A stretch of 64,000 nucleotides of DNA from an uncultured delta proteobacterium. GTDB taxonomy: Bacteria; Desulfobacterota; Binatia; Binatales; Binataceae. The stretch spans positions 1 to 64,000 of the forward strand of contig CAVQEQ010000002.1 of NCBI GenBank assembly GCA_963711565.1. Reading direction: 5' to 3'. The notes under the pieces are model-generated. The model made no database searches. It had not been told where the DNA came from and worked only from the letters and a program-made list of their open reading frames with translations. Of this stretch, positions 10,032 to 19,013 are shown in pieces (the stretch's first letter is position 1; each line of letters starts with the position of its first letter). The translations under genes were made by a program, and so were the position numbers.

Positions 10032-10808
10032 ATGGCGAACATCGCTAAACGCGAGTCGAGCGCACATGGACAAGATTTTCTGCGGCGTGCTTTCGCGGGC
10101 GTTCACAAGCTGCTTGCTCTTAAGCTTGATCATGCCGCGCAAACCATTACGCACGACGGAGAGCGCGGTGGCGTCACGGAGTCAGCGTGGATTGAAGTCT
10201 TGCGAAGTTATCTACCTAATCGTTATGCCGTGAATAGTGGAATCGTCATTGACAGTGAAGGTCATACGAGCGATCAAATCGACATCGTCATCTACGATTT
10301 GCAATATACGCCCGTACTACTCACCCAAGAGCCCCATCGATATGTTCCCGCCGAGGCCGTTTACGCCGTCTTGGAGGCAAAGCCGAACATCAACAAGCAG
10401 CGACTCGAATATGCGGGTCAGAAAGCGGCCTCAGTGCGTACTCTGAAGCGCACCTCGGTCCCGATTCCTCACGCTGGAGGGGTCTATCCGGCGAAACTGT
10501 TGTTTCCGATTGTCTCGGGGATCGTAGCCGCAGCAGTGGATTGGTCCGACGGATTCGGGGAGAGCTTTCTTAGCGTCATGGCCAGCGACGAGCTTTCTGG
10601 GGACCGCAGGGTCGACTGCGGATGCGCTCTGTCGCATGGAGCCTTTGACACGTTCGCTTCTGAAGGCGGGCTGACCTTTGGCACTCGCGAGGCAGACCTA
10701 GTGTACTTTCTATTTCGACTTCTCGACAAGCTGCAATCTCTGGGAACAGTGCCTGCCATTGATTGGAACGCATATGCTAACGTCCTACGAGTGGAAAAAG
10801 CTGGGTGA
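10032..10808 (+). CDS. nucC: CBASS effector endonuclease NucC
   Basis: YLPNRY, SDQIDIVIYDLQYTP, PAEAVYAVLEAK, LQSLGTVPAID. Confidence 0.93.
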   Translation: MANIAKRESSAHGQDFLRRAFAGVHKLLALKLDHAAQTITHDGERGGVTESAWIEVLRSYLPNRYAVNSGIVIDSEGHTSDQIDIVIYDLQYTPVLLTQEPHRYVPAEAVYAVLEAKPNINKQRLEYAGQKAASVRTLKRTSVPIPHAGGVYPAKLLFPIVSGIVAAAVDWSDGFGESFLSVMASDELSGDRRVDCGCALSHGAFDTFASEGGLTFGTREADLVYFLFRLLDKLQSLGTVPAIDWNAYANVLRVEKAG

Positions 10809-11139
10809 CATTCGAGGATATGCCCTTGCCCTCAGGCCCACTGGATTTCTTCGCAAACTGTCTGAAAGGCAGGCCTAAACCAGAGAGAGAGGTCCATTGA
10901 AGAGGAGCGCTGAGCGATTCTGGAGCTACGCCCAAGCGCGGAGTTGACCGAAACTCAAGACAGGACGTGGTTGACCCGCTTGTCTGGATGTCGGACGTGG
11001 AATCTAAACCGAGGCCAAAGCTTCGGACAGCCCACTGGACGTAAGAATGGACGCCGCCTGAAGAGAAGTCGCATTTTATATAGCAGCCAGCCCCAACGCG
11101 GAAGCGTGCCGCGTATTAGGCGGAAGTAGAGGAGCGACA

Positions 11140-11343
11140 ATGAAGAGCATCGTCGAGTTGATAAACGAACTTAAGGGAGTAGATGATCTACGGTTCGCCG
11201 AGCGATTTGAGCTGGGTTCCCTGGATACCGCTTACTATCGGAGGATCGACTTCGACAATTGGCTGCGGAGATGCGTCGAGCCCAGTCAGCAATTCGTCAA
11301 CATTAAGGAAGCTTGGGACCAGTATGAAAAAAGTTTCGGCTGA
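11140..11343 (+). CDS. Small hypothetical protein
   Basis: GAGGAG RBS, ATG, protein-like composition; no family recognised. Confidence 0.4.
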   Translation: MKSIVELINELKGVDDLRFAERFELGSLDTAYYRRIDFDNWLRRCVEPSQQFVNIKEAWDQYEKSFG

Positions 11344-11436
11344 GCATGAATCCAAATGAGGCGACGTGTAAAAGGGAGGAAACGACGACTTACGGCCTGG
11401 GAATCCGGACACCGAGCAGCGGATCGAATATCGCGG

Positions 11437-12204
11437 CTACGGCTGCTCTACTCTAGAAAGTCTGGGTTTAGTTGGACGCCGTTCGGCGAGGCCCAGCCCC
11501 GCGAAAGCGCAACCGTGGAATACTTGGCACGACGCACAAAGCGGCGCGCGCGCTCTGCAGACTAAAGCTGCGAAGTCGAGAATTGCCCAGTTCACCGAGA
11601 GACAGTTCTCAACGTCCACAACCTCCGCCGCCAGTCTTTGAAGGTAAGGGTCATATCGCAGATCAGCCAGATTCCGCGGGCCGAAGTACCTTTCCAATAC
11701 TCTCGCCATGTTCACGTCTAACAACGGCTGTCGTTCCCCGTGGCAGATCGTCAGAACAGCGTTCGCGATGTACTGACCCACTCCGGCGAGCGCTTCGATT
11801 TCCTCCCTCGTTCTTGGAAAGCGCCCCCCGCGGATCGCCAACTGTTGCGCTAGCCTCTTCAATGAAGCGGAACGGCGACGCCATAAGCCTATCGGTCGAA
11901 GAAAGTTCTTTAATTCTGATTGATTCGTGCGCGCGAGAGACTTCCATGATGGAAATTTTCGCACGAAAGCTCCAAAGAAGAGTGCGACTGTCTCGGCCCG
12001 TGTGCGCTGAAGAAGTGTCTCAGCCACAAGTTTCTGATACGTACTAGCTGCTTTACGCCGCCACGGGAGGTGCTGTCTGCCATTTTTTTCGGCCCATCCC
12101 AGAACGAGCCGACGAAATTCAGCCACTCTCTCCAATGCCAATGATTTTTCGCCCGTACGAGCATTGGCGCTGGATAGGACCAGTCCTCGCGCAGTCCTCG
12201 CCAC
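11437..12204 (-). CDS. HhH-GPD DNA glycosylase with 4Fe-4S motif (Mig/T:G-mismatch-like, MutY/Nth superfamily)
   Basis: LPWR, ETLLQRT, GVGQYIANAV, LDVNMARVLERYFG, C-x6-C-x2-C-x5-C; no MutT-like C-domain; GTG 12204 behind GGAGAAGGA is the preferred start. Confidence 0.85.
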   Translation of the reverse strand: MARTARGLVLSSANARTGEKSLALERVAEFRRLVLGWAEKNGRQHLPWRRKAASTYQKLVAETLLQRTRAETVALFFGAFVRKFPSWKSLARTNQSELKNFLRPIGLWRRRSASLKRLAQQLAIRGGRFPRTREEIEALAGVGQYIANAVLTICHGERQPLLDVNMARVLERYFGPRNLADLRYDPYLQRLAAEVVDVENCLSVNWAILDFAALVCRARAPLCASCQVFHGCAFAGLGLAERRPTKPRLSRVEQP

Positions 12205-12250
12205 GTGGCGCGATCCTTCTCCAAAATGGCCGCGCCCTTCCGGCTTGGCT

Positions 12251-15200
12251 TCAGTGCGCAATGTTCCGGGTTCGCGCAAGATACTTCCTACCAGAATTCG
12301 TGAGCTCCCTACCTTTAGGAGTCATTTGGACGAGGCTGAGCCGTTGGACGAGGTGAGGTTCTACTTCTGTCAGTATTCGATCTCTATCTACGCTGCCTAA
12401 CATGCTGAGCAACCGTTGTTCGCCTAACGGCCCGCTCCTTTCGAGCAGTTCGAGATAATTCACATCGAGATGAGCCAATCCGTTCTCATCGATGCCGCGG
12501 GTCCGACGGACTTCCTCCAAATGGTCGTCAACGGATCGGTCCTGGAATTCGGACACAAGTGCCTCAGTTTCAAGCTCTTTGGCCAACTCAATCGCAATGC
12601 GCGGAACCGATCTTCCGTAACGCGCGATCTTGCTTAGAACCTCAGGTGGCCAAGCGGCGAAAGCGCCAGCGAGCATCTGCGCCACTTCCGCCTCCGTGTA
12701 AGGATGCAAGTACACTTCCGTGCATCGGCTTCGAAACGCGGCGTCCAGTTCGGAACTTCGAGTAGTTGCGAATAGGTGCGTCGCCTGTCCCAAAACGGCT
12801 ACCCTATCATCCAGAACCACGGTACGGTCCCGACTTTCTAGTACGGTTAAAAAACTCTCCTGCACCGCGCGCGCCACGAGGTGAACTTCATCTACAAATA
12901 CGATGAGCGGCGGATATATGAGGCGCGCTTTCCCATACTGCGTCCCCTCTTTCGTCGGCCGCGAATTGGCCTGTTGGAGCTCTGCATCAATTAGCTCGAA
13001 GAGTTTTTCCCGCGAAGTTACTGTTCGCCCATCAACCTTGATGAAAGGAAGCGCCAAAGCAGAAGCAACCCTGCGAGCCAACTCCGTCTTGCCCGTGCTC
13101 GGGTTTCCAACGAATAAGTAGTTCTTGGGAAGGTGGGGCGGTCTTTCGATCAGTGCACGGAGTAGATCCCTCTTTAGAGAATCTACGGCCGGTCGGTTCC
13201 CGATGAACCCATCGAATGCCCTGTTTACGCGTTCTCTGACCTCCACCGGAATCGCCGAATGCGAGGTGGTCGGCTGGGGCAGCCCTGCCTCGACCTCCTC
13301 CTCATGTGTCGGGACTTCGCCAGGCTGCGCTGCGCCGCCCTTCACCGATACAAGCTGAGGTAGCAAGGCACTATGCGCGGGCGCGGTGAGAGGTTCGATG
13401 CCGACAGCTTGCGCAGAAGTTTTTTGACCGCCGCCATCTTGTTGCGACCGTGCGGCTTCGGCAGAACCGCAGAGTTGCCAACTCTCGATTCCTTGATCGA
13501 CCTCAACGGATGGTGAAGTTCGTTCTAGCAATGCCTTCGCATCAGCTCTACAAACCACCAGCGTCTCATCAAGTCCATCGTTGTCGAGGTCTAGTCTCCG
13601 CGAGCTTGGCGACGTATCGAACGCCAACAGGCGTCCTTCCTCGTTGACGATGATCTCGGCGGCCCCCGAGTACACCGCCGCAAGGATTGATTCGTGGCGT
13701 TTCGCCCATTCGTCGCTGGTCCGCCCGGTCACTTGCTCGTCTGCATAGACGCGGATTCCATAGTTCAGGACGTGAGCCAATAACCCTTTCGCGCACACAT
13801 TCCACAGGCCGGTTGGTGGGGTAGCAGCCCAAAGCTTGCGAAGAAAACCGCCAAAACTGCTTGCTTGCTTCAACCAATCGTTCAGGTTCGTTTCGCCTGC
13901 GACAGACTCTCGAAACTTGATCTCTATCGGAGTGATGTAGATCGAAATCTGGCCCGACCCTTCGCCGATGTGGACGCAAATGGCCAAGATATCGCCTCTC
14001 ATGAGTTCCGCGTCGTCACCTAGCAGCGACTGACGCACCTTCCGGAAAAGGCTCGTAAATGGGTCCACTGGAACTAGCACTGCCAAGGTATTAGCAGTTG
14101 CGACGGGAAGGCGGCATTCATGGCGTTGTGTTCCGAAAACGTCTTGGAGTAATCGTGCGCCCAGCAGCACGCCGATCTCACCGCGAGCATGAGTCCCACC
14201 CGACGCGAGCCTTTTCAGTATCGGTATGCCGCGCCGTGACACCTCTCCTAGCACTTCATCTACCGGGGGCGGATTCGCGCTCAGGAGCCTCGTTGCGGCT
14301 TCGACGGTCCGCCTGACTGCACTCGAAGGCTTTGCGAGCTTGTAATAACCAACCCGCTGTTCAGAGATCCCATCGGCGAAAGGGAGTTCGTAGTCCCATA
14401 GATACGAACCATGCACGGGCGCATTGCGTGCGAAGCAAGCCGGATCGATCTCTGCGGAGGAGACGACGACCAAACCCGCTTGATCCAAGCGATTCCCGAC
14501 CGCCACATGATTCGGGGCGAATTCTACAAGCGCCTCGCCATTCTTGCTGGATGCAAGCTCCTCGATCTCTGCAACGCAGGCCGATCCTAGACCTGTAAGG
14601 CCTTCTCCGGATCTCTCGACACTATGGATTCTCGTCTCGCGTATCCACGTTGCCGAGTCCCGATCTGTTCGTATTCTGCTCCCGATCAAGCACCCTTCGC
14701 TCGCGGGTGACCGCAATTCCGCGGCGGAGAGGCGAGGTTCGCGAATACCAAGCTGATCCAGGATGATAGCGTCGAGGTTCGCCGGTAGCTGCTGCTCGTA
14801 GCGGTCATACCACAGGACGCGACCGTCCGAATCCTCCGCAAGATTCGCGAGCTCCTCGTTCCCGGGTTGATCTTCTGGCCGCCTTCCGTCGAACACGTGG
14901 AGCTCTCTTGGCCACGACGGCGGCGTATCAACCGAAAAAACGTCCTGCGACCAGCTTACAATTCCTTCCGAACAAGTGCTCTGGCCTTCCTGTTCTCCCA
15001 CTACGCCCAGACGAAGTACCGATCTGGCGGGAAGCATATTACTGACGTCCTGTAGCGTGCGCTTCGCCTGCGCGGAGGTAAATCCACCCTCGAATCCGCG
15101 TGCTCCCACACCGAAAGTGCGAAGTAAGCTAGCAGCACTGCTCGATCGCAGACGCTCGATCATTCGAGAATTCCAAAGAAGCGACCAATATGGGTCTTCA

Positions 15201-17464
15201 CAAGGAACCGAAATGAACGTCGTCCAAAATGGATCACCACCCCCCCGGAAGATCGGCCATGCGGCTATATCAGGGGAGCGGTTGGGGTCAAGTAAGCCAG
15301 CCAGTGGACATCTCTGACGCAGGCCCGCAGTCAAGAGCTTTTGAGCATTAAACATCCACGCGAGCCTAGCCGGATGTAGGGGAGACAAAAGCATCGCGAT
15401 TGGTTCGCCCCCAGCGGTTGGAGCTCCCGCGGCTGGGTTCGGCTCAGCCTCGAGAATCGCCACACAGTCGAACCACATTGCCGCGGAAGGCTCCGCTCGT
15501 AACCACTCCAAATACGCTCGTAGGTAAGCTTCCGCGCTGCTGGTCAATTCGTCGCGAGAGATTACCTGTTCGACGAGCTTAGTGCGTTCGGTATCGAGTA
15601 TGCGACGAACTTCCTCTCTAGCCGTCCGAACCGCTTCCGGTACTTCGCTGTTTCGAAATCTCGGATCAAATTGCGGTACGAACTGGCCCAGACGCGGATC
15701 CGACCAGTTCAGATCGGCAACGCGCATGACGCTTAGGTCTCCTGCGACGAGGATGGGATGCCAGCTTTCGGAGTTTGATAGGAGCGCAGTTTCGAGCCCG
15801 CGGATCATCCTTTCATGCGGAATCACTGGACTTGGACGTCCTCTCCCCCGCTGGTGGGCAACAACCAATGCTTCGAAGTATGTGCCAGGCGCCTCTCCGA
15901 CGTTTTCTTGAACAGTGACGAGGACTTCGCTCTTGCCGACTTCAACCCCGCCAGCGTCTAGAAATATGAACGTCAACTGGCTTTCCTCTTCAACCGTCAG
16001 AGTTAGGAGCGAAATACCATCTACAACAGGGGATTCTGCCTCTGCCGAGTCCGAGCAGCGGACGACGCTAGTGGCTGGTCCTGAATAGACGTAAACTCGA
16101 TGAGTCCCTGTCGATTCGAGCTCGATCTCCTGAGCCCAATTCGATCCGCTTCTCTCAGGAACAGTTATTCGAGCGGCATTCGGGGATGAAACGAGACCGG
16201 GCGCTTCTAACTGCGCAAGAGATACGAGATCGATTCGGCTGCTCCTAGCACCGCTGTCCTCCGCCTGATACCGCAGCGGGCGATCGTGCGCTGGAGGGTT
16301 AGGATCCGTAAATGAGGTTGGGCTCGCAGACGGAGCGGGCGCCATAAGCTCAACAAGGCGCCTTCGCCCAACGCGCCGGGAGATCGAGAGTCCTTGAAAC
16401 GCCGGAGCGCCTTCGCAAGTGATCTCTAGATCCGCTGCGTCCCGAACGACGACCGGCTCACCCCGCGCCGACGTGTTGAGGTTAATCCGGTTACTGCAGG
16501 TGAGTCTTATCCGGGCCTGAGGTGCGCGCGCGCCGACCTCGTCTAGGAGTTGTCCTAGCCGAGCTTCATCCAAGGTCGACCACCAATCGGGACGAGAACT
16601 CGCCTCTGACGGGCGAAATGCCAGCGTGCGGAGCCTGTTGAATCCACCACCGGACCCGGCGGATTGCTGAAGGTGATTGCGCAATGCCTCCAACGCTGGC
16701 GTCACCTGAGCGCCCGTGGCCGTCGCCTTCAATTCCTCGAACCCCCCTTCGAGCCCACGCTCCTCTAAATACTCGGCCAACTCTACGACGGCCTGATATG
16801 CAGATTGAGGGCTCGAACCGACAGAGCCGGGAGACGGTAAACCGCACGAACGGTATACGGCAACAACCGGAGGTTCACTGAGCGGGAAACCGTTAGTCAA
16901 GTAGCTCAACGCGTCCCAGGGGGCTCCCGAGCGCTTGTCTGTATCCAGACCTTGCGCATCGTGCCAGATGCAATGCAGCGCTTCGAAGATCAAGTTCTCC
17001 GAGATATTAATTCTGGATGCTATCCGCAAGCATAGGCTGTGCATCAGGCGATTCGGAGATTTGGCGCGGCCTTCGAACGCGATCGGTGTCGAGAGCGTAT
17101 CGGTCGCCGTCCGAATCGATTCCGGCCGATCCCACATCTCGGGCTCTACGAGTATAAGTGAGCGCTCGTAGCTGTTACGTGCATTGACTGCGTAGTCCCA
17201 AGTACATGCGCAGCTTCCCAATTGGCCACTCTGAATCCTGGGACTATTCGATATGAGCAAAACTGGAACAGTCAGCGTATCTCCGCCGGCACCGATCAGC
17301 CAATCTGTCGTTCCATCTTTTGTCAGGCGTGCGAACAGCGATTGGAGCGACTTCGCCGACGGACCGCAGACGACGGGCTGAAGCCGGGCGTTCCCGTCCA
17401 CCTGTCGCAGTCGGAGTACGTATTCCTCCAGTTCTTCTTCCAACAGTTCCGCGAGCGAGGTCAT
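12251..17464 (-). CDS. 1737-aa DptH/DndH-like protein with PD-(D/E)xK motif and C-terminal RuvB-like AAA+ module
   Basis: LSPLHP motif, RGDILA...PIEIK, then FIGN, GNPSTGKT, FVDEVH, FATTR, PRIA, EPHL, TPKGRELT. Confidence 0.75.
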   Translation of the reverse strand: MTSLAELLEEELEEYVLRLRQVDGNARLQPVVCGPSAKSLQSLFARLTKDGTTDWLIGAGGDTLTVPVLLISNSPRIQSGQLGSCACTWDYAVNARNSYERSLILVEPEMWDRPESIRTATDTLSTPIAFEGRAKSPNRLMHSLCLRIASRINISENLIFEALHCIWHDAQGLDTDKRSGAPWDALSYLTNGFPLSEPPVVAVYRSCGLPSPGSVGSSPQSAYQAVVELAEYLEERGLEGGFEELKATATGAQVTPALEALRNHLQQSAGSGGGFNRLRTLAFRPSEASSRPDWWSTLDEARLGQLLDEVGARAPQARIRLTCSNRINLNTSARGEPVVVRDAADLEITCEGAPAFQGLSISRRVGRRRLVELMAPAPSASPTSFTDPNPPAHDRPLRYQAEDSGARSSRIDLVSLAQLEAPGLVSSPNAARITVPERSGSNWAQEIELESTGTHRVYVYSGPATSVVRCSDSAEAESPVVDGISLLTLTVEEESQLTFIFLDAGGVEVGKSEVLVTVQENVGEAPGTYFEALVVAHQRGRGRPSPVIPHERMIRGLETALLSNSESWHPILVAGDLSVMRVADLNWSDPRLGQFVPQFDPRFRNSEVPEAVRTAREEVRRILDTERTKLVEQVISRDELTSSAEAYLRAYLEWLRAEPSAAMWFDCVAILEAEPNPAAGAPTAGGEPIAMLLSPLHPARLAWMFNAQKLLTAGLRQRCPLAGLLDPNRSPDIAAWPIFRGGGDPFWTTFISVPCEDPYWSLLWNSRMIERLRSSSAASLLRTFGVGARGFEGGFTSAQAKRTLQDVSNMLPARSVLRLGVVGEQEGQSTCSEGIVSWSQDVFSVDTPPSWPRELHVFDGRRPEDQPGNEELANLAEDSDGRVLWYDRYEQQLPANLDAIILDQLGIREPRLSAAELRSPASEGCLIGSRIRTDRDSATWIRETRIHSVERSGEGLTGLGSACVAEIEELASSKNGEALVEFAPNHVAVGNRLDQAGLVVVSSAEIDPACFARNAPVHGSYLWDYELPFADGISEQRVGYYKLAKPSSAVRRTVEAATRLLSANPPPVDEVLGEVSRRGIPILKRLASGGTHARGEIGVLLGARLLQDVFGTQRHECRLPVATANTLAVLVPVDPFTSLFRKVRQSLLGDDAELMRGDILAICVHIGEGSGQISIYITPIEIKFRESVAGETNLNDWLKQASSFGGFLRKLWAATPPTGLWNVCAKGLLAHVLNYGIRVYADEQVTGRTSDEWAKRHESILAAVYSGAAEIIVNEEGRLLAFDTSPSSRRLDLDNDGLDETLVVCRADAKALLERTSPSVEVDQGIESWQLCGSAEAARSQQDGGGQKTSAQAVGIEPLTAPAHSALLPQLVSVKGGAAQPGEVPTHEEEVEAGLPQPTTSHSAIPVEVRERVNRAFDGFIGNRPAVDSLKRDLLRALIERPPHLPKNYLFVGNPSTGKTELARRVASALALPFIKVDGRTVTSREKLFELIDAELQQANSRPTKEGTQYGKARLIYPPLIVFVDEVHLVARAVQESFLTVLESRDRTVVLDDRVAVLGQATHLFATTRSSELDAAFRSRCTEVYLHPYTEAEVAQMLAGAFAAWPPEVLSKIARYGRSVPRIAIELAKELETEALVSEFQDRSVDDHLEEVRRTRGIDENGLAHLDVNYLELLERSGPLGEQRLLSMLGSVDRDRILTEVEPHLVQRLSLVQMTPKGRELTNSGRKYLARTRNIAH

Positions 17465-19002
17465 CGGCGCGCCTGCTCCCTAGGCGAATTGAATGGATCG
17501 ACTAACACTCGTCCACCGTAGGCATCAGGGCTATCAATTGTCAGCCCGAGTGCAGCAAGGTTACCTATCAGCCGGCCCGATTCTAACTCTTCCGACGCAA
17601 TGCGGATCCCGTATGCGGCCAAGTGTTTCCGCAGGTCGTCTATCGTGGAGGGCACACCGGGTCTTGCAGAACACACGCAGTGGACGATTACCAGCAACAT
17701 GTTAGGACCAGGCTGCAGGAGCCAGATCCGTTGTCTGGGTGATGTCAACGGCGCCAAATAGGCTTGATCATACGAACGCTGTGCCTGATCGAGCGGCGCA
17801 ACTTGACGTGTTACGTAGCGCAAAAATTCCCTGATGTTCTTCGGAGGCCCCTTTTTTCCTGCCGCAGCGCGAGAATTCCTGTCAACCAATTTCTCGCATC
17901 GTTCTTGCAGCCAAGCCTTAGGGCTAGGGGCTACTTTAAACCGCTCGCGGCGTAGGTGCTGGAGGAAATTTACGATTTGAGCTGCACAGCTGCTCGAATC
18001 AGACGACCCGAGCGGCGTAGGCCAACCTACGTTGGCATCGTCCAGCCTGTGCAGCATTAAGTTGAGTCCCAGTCGTGCGCGCACATACCCTTCGAGCGTT
18101 ATGCTAAACGCGCGCTCCGTGTCTCGACCCACCTCCAGAAAAGCTCCGGAGCCGTGATGCGATTCGAATAATATCGCTTCTACCTCAGATTCGGTTGGGA
18201 TACTTCCGTCTCCAAGTGCGTCAAGACTCAAAGACCAGCAGTTCGCGTTAAGGCGGCACAGCCATAGCACTTGAGCGACCGCGGCTAATCTAAGTTCCGC
18301 TTCCAAAACTGCCACCCACTGCTCCCGACTCAATGTGCGCTTTAATCTCAGGACCTGCGGAAGATCGTCTACGAATCGTTCCGCTGGCGCGAAAGGCTCT
18401 TTCCGAATTTCTCGGTGAGCCACGTGCTTCCACTCGCCAAAAGCTGGTGGTCGCGGCCTCTCATTCTTTGGCGGAGGGACCGCAGCCAAGGCTTCCTGCA
18501 AGAACCTCGCGAATACGTCGTCCTCTGACCCAACGTCTAGGGCCTGTGCGAACTCCGGAAGAAGGGCCTCGTACCCGGCCCGGCCTGCACCGGAAGCGAT
18601 ACACGCCAGAATAAAATTACCTGGCGTCCAACGGCCACGCCGGGCACCTAGTACGCCTCCGTGTGCCGCGAGAAACGGCACGGTCGGTGAGAGATTCGGA
18701 AATCGGCTTCTCGGCAGGGCAGGACTGCGGATACAACCGGCATCTCCAAAAAGCCTATCCCAAAGCAAAAGAGGGGCACCGAGAACGTTCTTGCTGGTCA
18801 ACTGGTTCGGCAACTGAGGGATCAGTTCTAAGTCCACCGTCCGATCAGTGTTGGCGCCGGCAAGACCCAGCACGCGGCAAGTAGAGGCGAGCATAACCTC
18901 GCCTGTCGTCCATTCCGGCGCCGCTGGAAACTCGAGAGCAGACTTTTGATAAGACAAATGGTCTTGTTGGAAGGGATGTGACTCGAACTCGGTAACGCTC
19001 AT
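17461..19002 (-). CDS. DptG/DndG-like protein
   Basis: Size and position between DptF-like and DptH-like genes; wHTH-like C-terminus LAAYGI...LGLTIDSPDA. Confidence 0.6.
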   Translation of the reverse strand: MSVTEFESHPFQQDHLSYQKSALEFPAAPEWTTGEVMLASTCRVLGLAGANTDRTVDLELIPQLPNQLTSKNVLGAPLLLWDRLFGDAGCIRSPALPRSRFPNLSPTVPFLAAHGGVLGARRGRWTPGNFILACIASGAGRAGYEALLPEFAQALDVGSEDDVFARFLQEALAAVPPPKNERPRPPAFGEWKHVAHREIRKEPFAPAERFVDDLPQVLRLKRTLSREQWVAVLEAELRLAAVAQVLWLCRLNANCWSLSLDALGDGSIPTESEVEAILFESHHGSGAFLEVGRDTERAFSITLEGYVRARLGLNLMLHRLDDANVGWPTPLGSSDSSSCAAQIVNFLQHLRRERFKVAPSPKAWLQERCEKLVDRNSRAAAGKKGPPKNIREFLRYVTRQVAPLDQAQRSYDQAYLAPLTSPRQRIWLLQPGPNMLLVIVHCVCSARPGVPSTIDDLRKHLAAYGIRIASEELESGRLIGNLAALGLTIDSPDAYGGRVLVDPFNSPREQARR

Positions 19003-19013
19003 AGTCGCTTCCC

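Noticed and set aside
10820-11130. Extra CBASS gene with two GTTGAC stops
   Set aside because: Repairing both stops gives only a short, non-protein-like peptide.
12251-13230. Housekeeping ruvB gene
   Set aside because: In-frame part of a 1737-aa ORF, divergent Walker A, no ruvA or ruvC nearby.
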